From: Puccinia triticina
Taxonomy: Eukaryota
Direction: 5' to 3'
Assembly: GCA_026914245.1 (NCBI GenBank)
Contig: CP110439.1
Location: 248,001 to 312,000 of the forward strand
DNA length: 64,000 nucleotides
Made by a program: the position numbers and the translations under genes. The notes under the pieces are model-generated. The model searched no databases, had not been told where the DNA came from, and saw only the letters and a list, made by a program, of their open reading frames with translations. This document shows, one piece after another, positions 1 through 13,144 of this stretch (the stretch's first letter is position 1; each line of letters opens with the position of its first letter).

Positions 1-635
1 GATGAACCTGTGGGCAAGCAGCGTCTGGTCAGCTGGGCGGGCGGCGGGGTGCCTGGGGGGAGTGCTGACCCTCGCGGGTCGGGCAGCTGGGCGTGGTTGG
101 TGGCCATCGCAGTCGCTGGCTGGCGCAGTGGCTCGCAGCGCCAGTCAGTCGGCCTGGGCTTTCTTTGGCTGCCAGCGCCGAGCCGACGACGCCCGCCGCC
201 CGCCCCGCCGCCTGGCCTGGATCGTCGGAGCACATCAGCCGATCATCCCAGCCGATCCTCCCTCGAGTGATCCCCTAGCCGCACACACCCCCACCCCCAC
301 CACTACTTAACACGGGTCCACCCCCACCACTGCCCATCCACCCACCCAAGTACCGCAGTAGTAGTAGTCCTCTCCCCGCCATCGCCCCCCCCAAGCTCTT
401 CTGGTAAGGCTACACCCTCGTCGCCAACACACCCAAAGCTCGACCCTGCAGCTGCAGCCTCGCCATAGCGCTCGTTGCCCAGCACCAGTCCTCCCCCACA
501 GGGCTAACCAACGCCCCCGCCGAAACACATCACCCTATAAATCCCTCCTCGAGACTGCCTCTTTCCCCACCCAAGAAAAAAAAACCAAAGCCAAAAACCC
601 AACACACACACACACACACACATCCTTCGCCGAAA

Positions 636-1534
636 ATGTCTGCATCCAACCAAGCCCCCACCCCCAAGCAATTCGTCATGGTCCAGTCCCTCACCGGAAT
701 CAAACATCTGCTCTACTGCATCGTCGCCCTCTTCTCCTTCATCCTCTTCATCGTCTCCTGCGTCGTCGTCCCCTACGAGCGAGACACCTATGGAGGGTCA
801 GTCCACACACACACACAAACACCCTCCAACTTGTATTCATTCCTTGCTTTTTTTTTTATAGATATAATCCGCCCGCTGCCGAGCTCGCCTTCACTGCCGC
901 AGTAGGCGCCTTCTTCACCCCCGTCTTGTAAGCCCAACACCACCATCCCACTCCATCAGAGGCCGCTCATCTTGTTTGCCTTGTCTGTCCAGTGTATGGG
1001 CCCAGCGGGTCAGGCCGGACTTCATCTTCAACTCGCTCGCAGCCGAGCTGGCCTATTGCACCTTCATGTGGTTCTTCCTCCTCGGTTGGTCCCTCACCCC
1101 CTTTACCTCTAGTCTCTATCAGACTGCTTATTCATTATTCATCACCCACACACACAAAAAAAAAAAAAACAGGCGGTGTCGGCGGATTGAGTTCGCAGAC
1201 CTATGATCTCCTAGCCTGTGAGTTGGAAAAATCTTCCAGTATACAAAGGGAGCAGATCGGACTAACACCACATGTGTTGTTGATAGGTCAAAACCTGTTC
1301 ATCTGTCGAGGCTTCAGCACGATGATGGCCTTTGCGTGGCTCAACTGGATCATCTTCACCCTCATCACCGGCTTCCTGCTCGTCATCCTCGCAAAGCTCT
1401 GGTCCAGGCAGTCGCCCATCAAGTGGACCGCCCCAACCAAGGTCGTCTACCTCGCTTCCCGCGGCGAACTCGAGCAGTTCTCTGACCCTTCCATCCCTGA
1501 GAAACAAACAACCTCCGCTTCACTCGAGGCTTGA
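636..1534 (+). CDS. MARVEL-like multi-pass membrane protein (5 exons)
   Basis: GT-AG introns 797-861, 928-992, 1085-1172, 1218-1286 join one frame with four hydrophobic segments and a C-x5-C...AFAWLNW motif typical of fungal MARVEL proteins. Confidence 0.7.
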
Positions 1535-1961
1535 GCTCATTCACTCGCTCAAAGCTACTCCCACCCCCTTCCCTTTTTTTTTTTTATCTGCTCTTAGATA
1601 CTTGTATCTCCAATCGACTCTCTCCCCGCTTTTTTTTTCTTGTGTTCTTGGATAACAAATGGGTATTTTCTTTTTCACAAAAACAAACACCGGAAAAAAA
1701 AATCTTGTAAAACTTACGATTCATGATGACCCTAGATGAGTACTTCAAGCCGGCTTCTTTTTATTTCTTTTGTGTCTTGTTTTAACATTTCATTACGTTG
1801 GCCTCTCCAAAGTACACTTACTGTAGCACCAGGTACACACCCCTTTTTTTTGGCCCGTTTTTTTTTTTCTCCCCGACTTTTTTTCTTCTTCCTTCAGCAA
1901 GGTTCTTTCGTTTTTTGTTGTTGTCTTTTTTTATAGAAGCACCAGCAATATCAATAATTAT

Positions 1962-3160
1962 TCAATCGTCTTCCACATCAGATCCCTGAGTCATAGCGTT
2001 CAAAGCAGTGCGTGGCCGAGTAGCGGAAAGGAGGTGGGTGTGGTCATGGAGATGATTGAGGCGACTGCCAATGGACAATGATCGATTACGCTTACACTCA
2101 AAGACATGATGGCATCCTCATCCACAGCGGTTCCTGATCTATGTATCTCGACTCCGAACAGACTCGACTCATCGATCCGTATCCCTACATGACCAGTGGA
2201 ATGGAAGAAGTCTCAACCAACTCAGTCTCCAAACAAGAGAGGAAAAGGCAGAACACAGAGGCGGGTGCCGAGGGGGCGAAGTGGCGGGGTAATTCAGTCA
2301 AGAAATCGAGAAGAGATTTGTGAACCGGTTTGTGTACGCCTCGCCGGCCCACCGACCCGACCCAGACGACCAGCATCCCTCAACGAGCAAGCCGTTGAGG
2401 GCGGGGCGCGTACGTGGTCCAGGCCTGGTGGCCGGCTCGTCTGGCCCCGGCGTATATCCATCATTATTCCCCCACCTCTTCGCCCCTCTGATTGAAGTAC
2501 GTAGCAGTCCAGAGAGAAAGGAGCTTACGCCGTCCATCTTGCATTCCGTCTCGTACGTACAATTCTTCGATCATAGAGAAACTGGACTTTTGCGGAGACC
2601 GGTTCAACGTACGTCCGGCTGGTCGATGTCCTCGTCACAGGGTTCGCACTGTCGACCGCGGCGCAAGAGGATGTACATCACCCGCCGTCGGTTCGTGTAG
2701 AGCCGTGCCAAGGTGGTTCGGCCTCCGTTCCTTTCGCTGCGACTCTCCTGGGGTGGTGTGGCGCAGATCGGGAGCCCGGGGAGGACGGGGTGTCTGTGCG
2801 CTCTCGGGGGTCGCCGCGGAGCGCACCCTGGCGCAAGTTGAGTGGAGCTTGAGTGGAACTCGAAGATGCATGTTTCTTTCCGTTTCTTCATACAAATCAA
2901 AGGATGATGAGTTTGTGCGTTAACCGAGCACAGAATCGCACAGATCGAAGGAAAGACAACGAAGAGTACGCTCTTGGCGCTCAAGAAAATGACGTGACGC
3001 AGTACGGAGATCATTCATTTCTTTTTTTGTCTGAAAACGTGATCTTCAGGTTGCCAGGTTGGGTCGTTTCGTTTCGTGACACACCACAATAGGCTTCGGA
3101 TGATGACTGGGAGGCTGATTGAGATTGAGCGGCGGTCCGGTGGGCGGGGTCCATGGCCAT
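1962..3160 (-). pseudogene. possible degenerate multi-exon gene, unknown product
   Basis: Minus-strand splice-like sites give a plausible C-terminus (..IRIDESSLFGVEIHRSGTAVDEDAIMSLS|GSDVEDD*), but I could not join the upstream exons into one open frame. Confidence 0.25.
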
Positions 3161-3816
3161 TGGCGGCTGCCATATTGGCTGCACGGAGCTATAATACGTA
3201 GCAAGCGACGAGGGCGAGGCAGTGATCTCAGGAAGACACGTGTCTGGGCGAAGGGATGGATGAGCCCTGATGAGATGTTTCACCCGGCAAAAACCACTCA
3301 GCTGGCTGAGAATGATGTACAATAACTTTGGTTGGTGGAGTATATTCGACAGCTCCATCGAACTTTCCGGATCAAGCGCGGTATGTACGTAGCGAAATTC
3401 GCTCAGCATCCTGTGAGTTGGGCTGCATGTATGCGGTGTTTTCGAGGGTCGTGCCGGCGAAATGTGCTCATGCCCCATGGGACGGTTGATCATTACAGGG
3501 GCAGGCAGTATCTACAGGTGCTTATTTACGTCATTCTGGAATCTGAGATTGCCGAGGCGATAAGCCCGGACCCGCGTTTGGAAATCTGCACGGTGCGTTA
3601 TTTTCGCCGGCGATTTCGACTCAGAGAGCCTGACTCTGAGACTTGTCATGCCCGGGCATCGCTTCCCCCGCCCCAGCGAGCACTCCTCGGCTACTTAAGC
3701 GCGCCCCATCTCTGCGCTTTCCTTCCCCTCACCCATCCAGTACTCCAACCCAGAAACCCACTCTTGCAACCACAACCCCAGTACACACAAACCATCCACA
3801 ATCAAACCAATCGACC

Positions 3817-4316
3817 ATGCCTGCCTGTTAGTCCCTCTCTCCCTCCCGCACAAGCAGTTCTGCTCCCTCTGACCTTTCTTGCGTCTCGTTTGGCCTGCAG
3901 GTGGCTGTCCCGATGTCAAGTTGGCCAACGGCCTGATCCGCTCGTGCACCTGCCAGGTGAGTTGTTGCGACTTTCAGCTCGGTCCAACGAGACACCACCT
4001 CCCAATTGACCACCACTTCCATTCTTTTCCACCGTCTTTCAGCCGTGCTCTTCCGGGAGCCTCTCGGATTGCAGCTGCAACAAAGAGACCGGCTGCGGCT
4101 GCAGCTCATCCGTCTTGCCTATGGAGTAAGTTACGAAACCAGGCCTCCTATAGCCCCCGATTCTCCCCCAACAACCTCTTGCTGACTCAGTGTCTCTTTC
4201 TTTGATCCAATAGCTCTCCCGACCGATGCTCGTGCGCCGCTGCGGGCAAGACTTGTAGCTGCTCAAGCTGTCCCTGCAAGAGCTCTGCTCCGCTCCCCGG
4301 AACCTGCTGCTCTTAG
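3817..4316 (+). CDS. metallothionein-like protein, 83 aa, 17 Cys (4 exons)
   Basis: Exons 3817-3826, 3901-3956, 4043-4125, 4214-4316 with GT-AG introns give MPACGCPDVKLANGLIRSCTCQPCSSGSLSDCSCNKETGCGCSSSVLPMDSPDRCSCAAAGKTCSCSSCPCKSSAPLPGTCCS. It has seven CxC motifs, a terminal CC, no aromatic residues and no signal peptide. Confidence 0.85.
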
Positions 4317-4819
4317 ATCACGTCGGCTTCTATCTAATCCAGCCTCTTTTTATCCCAACCTGGTTGATGAAACTATCAAACCTTTTCCCCCCTTTGTATG
4401 CCTGTGCTGTTGTTCGGTCTCCTTATCATGATGACTAAAATGAATGAATTCCCCTAATGGGTACCCACATGCCCGCTTGCAACCTGACCAATAAGATTAG
4501 CATCATGTCAGTCCCATCCAAGTAGCCATCGAGTTTCTCCTTCTTCACTGTAAGCCTGGAGGCTCTTGATTGGCGTGATGTTTTGTAGTGCACAATGGCA
4601 CTCTTCTGGCACACTGCACAGTCATCCACCGCACAGCCATGCAAGCCAACCATGTGATCAAGAAAATGCTGGGATGGTTGATGGAGAGAGTTGAGCGTGA
4701 GAGGCCACATCTTGCTCGGGGTGGCGGACTGATGATACCCGGGAGATACCCGATGGCCGGGGCACACAAACCTTCCAAGGAACTTCCCCGAACGGAAAAC
4801 AGCAGCAGCCAGACCCATC

Positions 4820-6605
4820 ATGACTGCGAACTCACTCAACCTCATCGACCTCAACGACTACCTCGGGCCATCCCAGCTATGCACCAAACCAAACATACCT
4901 CAAGCAAAGCAAGAGCCACCCTCGCTCTCCAAAACACTGATCTCACTCGATGACCAGCCACCACCACCACCACCACTCAACGAACCTCTTCCCAAGGCAC
5001 AAATCACCCTGAATGACTGTCTGGCTTGCAGGTCAGTCCGAGCACCAAGAAAACCCATATCTACCTCCGACTGACTCGCCTCCCGTTGACAGTGGCTGTA
5101 TAACCTCATCGGAGTCCATCCTTGTCTCCCTCCAATCAGTCCAAGAGGTCCGCAAAGAGATCCTCAAACCAAACCGCTATCCGATCCTCTCGATCTCCTC
5201 TCACTCCCTGGCTTCCTTCGTTGCATACAACCAATTGGACTCTCTGTCGACCGGATTCAAAGTCTTGAAGAAATACTTCACCCGCTCACACAACTTTGCG
5301 CTCGTCCTCGACACCAACTTTGCGCAGCGACTGCATCTGCTCGAGAGTCAGAGAGAGTTCAAGGAACAGAGACGGCGACAGGAGGAAGGGAGTCGTCGTT
5401 CTGCCAAGTCCCCAATCCTCGCCAGTAGCTGTCCGGCATGGATCTGCTATGCGGAGAAGACCCAGGGGAAGAACGGGATCCTGGAGATGATCAGTCGGGT
5501 CAAATCAGCCCAGCAGATCCAGGGCGCGCTGCTGAAGAGCCCCCGCTTTGCGGCCTCCGTTGGACTCGGCTCGGTTGAGGAGATCTACCACGTCTGTGTC
5601 ATGTCCTGCTACGATAAAAAGCTCGAGGCCAGTCGGCCGGATTTTCAGAGCGATGACGAGCGGATCAAGGACGTTGATTGCGTGCTGACGACCCGTGAAG
5701 TTCAGGATATGATCCAGGAGGACGGATTCGATATCGTCGAGGCAGCCCAAGAAACTGAGGAATCCGAACCGCCCATCGACTGTCATCGTCCCAACAACCA
5801 GGTCGGCATCCCCATCTGGATCGATCGTCCCCCACCCATAGGATCAAGCAGTGGAGGATACCTGTTTAACTTACTCAGGGCTAGTGTTCCCACGGATCGA
5901 AGGAATCTTCACGATCGACTGAGACTGACTGTGGACCGAAAGCGGGGATCGGACTACGTCGAGTTCCGGCTCCAACTCGCCCATGCTTCTTTGCCTCCTA
6001 ACGGCATCCAGGATGGCGTGTCGACGGAGGAACTGGAAACGTTGTTCTATGGGGCACTCTTCTACGGGTTCAAGAACCTCCAGAACCTGATCCGGAAGAT
6101 CGCCCCATCAGCCTCATCATCCACAGGGACGACGAATCCGAGAGCCCGGGTGATGGGGCGAAGACGGAAGGAGCAGCAGCAGGGCGCGGATGGCGCAAGG
6201 GGGGAGGCCGGACGGACGTACGACTTTGTCGAGGTCATGGCCTGTCCCTCGGGCTGTGTCAACGGCGGGGGACAGATCCCGATCGGCACCCACCTCGGCA
6301 GCATCCCATCGTCGTCTGGAGGACCGACGAACAAACAATGGATCGCCAAGCTCGAGCAGGTCTACTTCCAATCCCCATCATCCACCTGCCCGTCATCGGA
6401 GGACCCTCAGCAGCTCATCCACTCGGCCGGCTTGGCCGACACCTTGTATGTTGCTGACCAACACGACGCCAGCGACCACGCCTTCATTCACTCTTGGATG
6501 GAGGCCTGGGGGTTCCTGGCCGACCAAGCCTCCAGGGATCGCACCTTCTTGACTTCCTACAGGGCCGTCGAACCTGAATCTAACGGGTTCGCTGTCCAAT
6601 GGTAG
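4820..6605 (+). CDS. NAR1: cytosolic Fe-S cluster assembly factor Nar1 (FeFe-hydrogenase-like)
   Basis: Exons 4820-5031 and 5093-6605. Motifs DLNDYLGPSQLC, ITLNDCLACSGCITS, SSCPAWICYAEK, VMSCYDKKLEASR, FVEVMACPSGCVNGGGQ and a C-terminal W. Confidence 0.95.
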
Positions 6606-7862
6606 CTCCCATTCCCACTCTTCTCATCCTCACTCTCCTTGCTTCGGATTTTCATCGCCCATAGTTATTATTTCTACTTCCGCTTTCATCATCGTCAGCA
6701 TTGTTATGCCCACTTTAATTCTGCATAGAGCCATGTATACCTTGGCAATCAGGCCGTATATTGCTACATGACGACTTGGAATGTATTACCACTTCTCCAT
6801 CTTTTTGGATGCGCTGGGATTTATTCCCATCTGGCTCCTCCAAGGGTGCTTTAGTGGGTTTATTACCCCCTCAAAGACTGCATTTCTTTGTCCACCTCAT
6901 TGGTGGTTGAGGTAGACCAAGAAATCAGAAAATACTTTTTTGTGCGCAATACTGCCCATTGCCTCACTCCGCGATGCCCACTTCAGGTGCTGCGCAGAGT
7001 GGACGATGTCGGCCGCGCCTGGGTTATATTATTTAAATAAATGTGTCCAAGACGCGCGCGATCATGTCTGTCCATGATCTGGATTCCCCGGATTTAGGAT
7101 GGTTCTGGATGGCTCCTGGCCAAGAATGCTCGCCGAGGTGATCATACAATGAGTATGTAAATATTTACATATGCATTTATCCGTTTGTCCAAATATGTAA
7201 ATATGCATATGTTGGATATGTACATTTCCCAATCGGCAATTCGCACATGGATTTTTCTTTGGAAAAAAGAGAGAAAAAAAGTCACATCAGCTCAAGTTTC
7301 TGTTCTTCTATGATTTCTATCCCCCCCTAGCTGCCCTTTCGGGCGCCCGGAGAGGATATATCATATATCTGCCCTTCCTTATCGGCCAGAATTCCTCTTG
7401 CTGCAGGTGAATTGTATGCACATCTGTAGCTGACTGGCACGATCGATTGGCTGGATATGGGGATATGGCAGGTTGCTGCAGGCCTTGATGTTGGCAAATG
7501 AGGAATTCCCATGACTTATCGCCGGTTTTGCTTTCCACACCGTTGCTGAGTTCGGCTCATCCAGTCATACACATGACCGACCTTCAAAGTACGACATAGC
7601 CCGGTAGTTGTCGCAATCGTTTGTATGTTTATCACTCCAAATTGCAATTCTCATGTGGTAGTAGCGTGGCAACGTCAAGTCAGCCTTGGTGGGTTTACAC
7701 GCTTCCGGGTAGAATTTGCCTCACAAAGAACAACAAAGAACTCCCCCACCCGACCCAAGCGCATCTGTCATCCCAGTCTCCGTATCCCTCTCATTGTACG
7801 GGTGCCTCAGTCAAACAAAGCACTCCACGAAGCTTCGCCGGTCCCTACTTCACTTTTCCTCG

Positions 7863-10800
7863 ATGACCGTTTGGCGCAAGGTTACCCCATCGTTGGAAGA
7901 GAAGCCTTCGATCGATGATGGGTCCTTGTCGATGGTACGTGGCCGGCGTTCCTCGGTTGCGACTGACAAGGAAGCGCGTCAAGGAATGCTGGCCAGCGAA
8001 GCCGGGATGGCTTTCGTATCTGAAGCTGATGGTATGATCCAAGAAATGACTGGTAGCCGAAGCCATAGTTAACGCGGGGGAAGTTTGTCTACATCTTGCA
8101 TTCCTACAGATAAAAACATTACTGCCACGGCTGCCCAATTAGACTTACAGGAGGCCCGAAAGATTATTCAGGATGCAGTTTCAAAGTCAGTGTCATCATG
8201 CAGCTCCTATGTAGGCACTGAGAAGTAAGAACATGAAAAAACTGACCGTAAAAGCATCCTGGCCTTACCGTTGTCAGATATCACCTTGACCCCAACGCCC
8301 CCAGCGGCCTTTTAGAAAGAGCCCAAGAAGCGATCCAAAACAACAATTTGACAAGCGATGCGGCTCAGCAGATTATTGATGAAATTAAGATCGAGGCGGC
8401 TCTATTGGAGGAAACACCGTTCCCAGAAGTGCGCAATGTTGCGCCTAGTACTGATGATCCATCGCTCCCTGTCAGCACATTTAGAGCCTGGTCAATTGGA
8501 ATTATTTGGACAATCATCGGGACAGATAAGTCTTTTGGAAATTATTGAAGGAGAGTCGGTCTGATATGCTTTGGCTTACTTGGCCCTTGCCTTTTTTAAT
8601 GCACGCGTCAACATCTTCTTCCAAGCCCGACTTCCGGGTATTTCCATCAACACCTTTGTCGGACAGGTTCTCGCCCTCCCAGCTGGCCGGTTTCTGGCCG
8701 CCGTCCTGCCGACGCATGTATTCAACCTGTTTGGCTACAATTTCAGCCTCAACCCAGGTACGATTCTCAATGGACTAGCTGATCTCCCAAAGGGAGATGT
8801 CCACTGATTTATGCGAGATGGCCTCCACATAGGTCCTTTCAACGCGAAGGAACACCTTCTGATCACTATCATGGTGAGCTATTCTATAGTCTCAGTTTGT
8901 TTTCCAGTGAGCTGACCCCCATCTTGACTTTAGGGGAATGTAACGGTAAGTCGTGCTCCAAATCAGATCGCCCTCGATGGTAGTTGATGACCTGAAAATC
9001 TGCAACGTCTGTTGTTATTTCAGTATGGAGGGCAAGTCGGTGTTTACGTCAGTTGGGTTCCTTCGTCATTGTTGTCTCATTCTCCCAGCTAATTCATTCA
9101 AATTTCTAGGTCACCGATTTAATTGCTACGCTGAGAATCAAACGGTTCTACGGGCTGGAGGGGTATGTCTAATATATTCCTGGGTATATCGGCGCGCTTG
9201 TGGCCAGCTGAATTGACTATCTTGTGTTTACCAGTCGCTTTTCTGACGCCGGCTTCCAGTTACTGATGGCAATATCAACTCAGATGCTCGGGCTTGGCCT
9301 CTCCGGCATGACACGAAGGTCGTAGATTTCAGTATTTATGTCAAGTTGACCTTATTTGCTGACTTGCGGCACGCCAAAATTTCCAGGTTCTTGGTCTACC
9401 CGCCCATGATGTTATGGCCAACATCCCTGGCAAGCCTGGGTACGTTTGCAGCTCTAAGACTAAGCGGCTCCCTCGCAGCTGATCAATTCACCGTGTCTAT
9501 GACGCAGCTTTGAATAACGTGTTTCACGATGCCTCGAACCCGATTGCTAACGGCTGGAAAATGGGTCGATATCGCTTCTTTCTCATCGTGTTCGTGGTAA
9601 GCCGAACATTTCAACTGCTCATGGATTTTCGTCAGCGATTGATCCATTGCGATTCACCCGCTCTCCTCAAGCTTTATGGATTATACTTTGTATTTCCGGA
9701 TGCCGTGGCAGGATTCCTGGGTACCTTCAACTGGATGACATGGATCAAGCCCGATCATGTCAATCTGGCGGCCATTACTGGCTCTGTGTCTGGACTTGGC
9801 TTGTGAATAAACTCGTTTCAATCGTTACTTTCAAGTTGAACTCTGACCTTCTTGCCAATCATTCGCATACCGCAGAAACCCATGGCCAACGTTTGACTGT
9901 AAGCAAAGTGTTAGCTTTGCATAACCAGACGATTGTTGAATGCTAACACGATATAAATTAGATAATGTCGCCAGTTTACTACGGGACCCTATCATCACGC
10001 CTTTGTTTTCGGTTCTCAATCAGTTCGCCGGTCAGCTCATCTTGGGCATGATAATCCCGGCACTTTGGTACACCAATACCTGGAACACCGGGTAGGTTTT
10101 CCATTCATTACAGCTCCAAGAGAAGTACATTTAATTTGACTCCCTTTTCGTAATATTGGCAGATACCTACCCATCAATGATAACGGCGTGTTTGATAGAT
10201 TTGTTAGTTTTTTGTTTATCTGATATACTCCTAATTTGTAGGAAGAAGCTGAACTCCAACCGATTCCTTTTTTAGGGGAAGCCGTATGTAAGTTTTTCCG
10301 CAACAGCTAGCTGGCCCTCAACTCTCTCTTGAGCTCACAATCGCGTGTTTCCAGAACATCACTCGAGTAATGGACCCCAATACGCAAACTTTGAATATCA
10401 CTGCTTACGAAGAGTACTCGCCAACTTATCTTTCCGCTGGGAACGGTATCCTATGTCAGTGCATGCCTCAAAAAACTCAAGCCTTTCGCTGGCTGATATG
10501 CTCCGATATCTAGACGGATTTTTCTTTGCCATGTACACTGCGGTAATCGTCCACGTGGCTTTATACTACCACAAGGAGCTTGCTCAAGGCTTTCGATCAG
10601 TGTGGAATTCGGCATCTGGTAGAGATGGATGTAAGGTTTAGACTCACGCGGTGTCTTCATTGGATCTTTGCCAAACGTTGAACTCTTTTTTTTAAAAAAA
10701 AACAAAAACTAAATACTTAGTTACCGATCTTCACAATCGACTGATGAAACCATATAGTGAAGTTCCCGAGTGGTGGTAAGTTTCAACTGACGCATCTCTC

Positions 10801-13144
10801 AAGGGTAACGAGGGTGATGTTGACTTCGATGTTAAAATTTTGAATTCGCTAGGTATTTTACAATTCTCCTTTTTTCTCTGGCTACTGGGATTGCCTTCAA
10901 TGTGCATTATGAGACTGGTTATCCCGTCTGGGCTTTATTTGTCAGTCAGAGCTTCTTAGTTAACCATCAAGGAATTTTGTACTTATATACACATCTTCTA
11001 TCTCGCGAGGCCAATAGGTTGCCTTAGCAATGTCGGCGGTCTTTGTGATTCCTTGTGGAATGGTGTATGCCGTAACCAACACGTAAGCCGTTACCTATCA
11101 TTTTCCTTAATTTCTTTCGTGTAAAGACATTCTCTAATTCTTTTTCTCTCTGTGCTGCTTGATCAGTGAAGTGACAATGAATGTCCTGTAAGAGATCGAC
11201 AAACATCCCACCATTCGGAGATCCCTGAATTGACCAGAAGCCTACTTATCCTCCTCATTCAGGGCCGAGCTGATTGGTGGTTACCTGCTCCCGGGAAAGT
11301 CAGTATTTTCACAGTCCTAATTTCAATAAGAGGAGCTTCACACTTAAAGTACTGCCCTCTTCCAGACCCATCGCCGTGATGCTATTCAAGGTCAGTTCAT
11401 GTGTACTTTAATGTCACTTGCTTTGTTTATTTTTCCTGAATATGTGATTTCTAGTCGTACGGATTTGTCTCTACAGCACAAGCCATTGGCTGTAAGTACT
11501 TATCATTTATTCTTTGGGCACTTCACAAAGCTTATTTGAAATTTGACCAACCTTTGTGCTGCGATTTTAGATGCCGCTGATTTGAGTAAGCCATATTGTC
11601 CTGATGATGACCAGGCTTATAGCTAACGGAGATTATCATCTTCCCAGAAATTGGACATTACGCTCACATCGGGCCGAGGCATTTGTTCTTTGCGCAGATG
11701 GTTGCCAGGTGAGTTCTCCTACTTGGTTTATATCTAGATTGTTGCTCACCGAAACCTGGTGCTAGTTTCGTTGCGTGCTTTGTTGGTGTGGGCGTCTTGT
11801 CTTGGCAGAGTCAGTCGGCAATTTGCTTGCTCTTTTTCTTTGTAGAGTTTGGTTTAATCAACTGATGCTCTTCCTTGATGGTATCATTTCGAAATCAAGT
11901 TACCAATCTATCTGATTTCTGTGAACCAAATCAAGTCAATCGGTTTACTTGCCCAGGCTACCGCACGTACTATACGGCCTCGGTAATTTGGGTGAGCATT
12001 CCTATCGAGTTGCTTTTGATCCTCATCGAATGACTGCTAACTTATGAGATGATTCAGGGTGCAATTGGTCCAGGGCAAGCATAGCTAGAATTTTATCTTG
12101 TTAAATTTATCAACAAACTAACGGATTGATTGTTTGAAAAACAAAACAGACGAGTTTACTCGGTTGGTAGGATCTATCATGCCCTGACCTACTTCTTTTT
12201 GATTGGGGCTATTGTACCAATACCGTTATGGTATCTGGCCAAGAAACGCGGTGGCACTTTCTGGAAATACATCAACGTCCCAGTTTTCTTAGCCGGCTCA
12301 CTCAGTAAGAAAGACATCTGAACTTGCCTCTGAATGAATACCCTAGCTGATATCCCCCCCTCCCCCCCCCATTCTTTCAGACTGGTCGCCTTGTAAGTCC
12401 TCATGGTTTGAAAGCTTGGTCTGTTGATCACAAGCTAATGACAAGGGTATATCACAGACAACATGTCTTATACATTCCCTATGTTGTATGTGGCTCTGTT
12501 TGTCAATGGTTATCTTCGCCGTCGCTACTTCCCCTGGTGGTCAAAGGTGAGCTTGCCGGTCATTTCTGTTTAGCAAGGAACTTCTTTGGCTTAACTGTGG
12601 TAATCCTCTCTTTAGTACCGATGGGTCTTGGCCACGTCTCTTGCGGCTTCAATCGCAGTCTTTGGAGTGATCTGGTAAGCTTTAAAAAACCTCTAATCTG
12701 CTGTACTGAGATAGATATGTCTGAGTTGAGTTTTTTTTTTCCCCTCCCCTAGGTTCTTTGCAATCCTGTGAGTATCTTCCCCCCTTTGAAGCACGCTTTC
12801 GAGTCCACGCTTTGTGGACTGTGTTGTTTGACCTTCGCTCACACTTTTTTTGCAACAACAGTTACAAAAACTCACAACCCGTAAGTCAAAAATCACTCGG
12901 CGTCCATTTAAGTTGTTGTCAGTAAAAAACAACTGATGCATCTTTTTTCAAATGGTTTATCCAGGATTGGTGGGGGAATGTAAGTCCTAGTAGTAGTCTT
13001 GGTCTTTTGTTTTGGATGATCAGTTAATCCACCCTGTTTTTTCTATAGTCTGTTATCAACGCCGGGTGTGATGGTAAAGGGTGTGCTCGCTTGACTGTTC
13101 CTGACGAAGGATTCGGCCCTGGTCCCGGACAGTTCCAAGCGTAG
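7863..13144 (+). CDS. OPT family oligopeptide transporter, about 35 introns
   Basis: Spliced motifs ETPFPEVR..DDPSLPVSTFRAW, NPGPFNAKEHLLITIM, LVYPPMMLWP, YSEVPEWW, WGAIGPGR, DWWGN; stop TAG at 13142-13144. The start codon and intron count are estimates by eye. Confidence 0.92.

Noticed and set aside
3332..4009. 225-aa ORF
   Set aside because: It runs through the metallothionein promoter and introns and has no recognisable motif.
9024..9047. Apparent GC donor (GCAAGT at 9032) in OPT
   Set aside because: The frame is kept by the GT donor at 9048 (exon YGGQVGVY).
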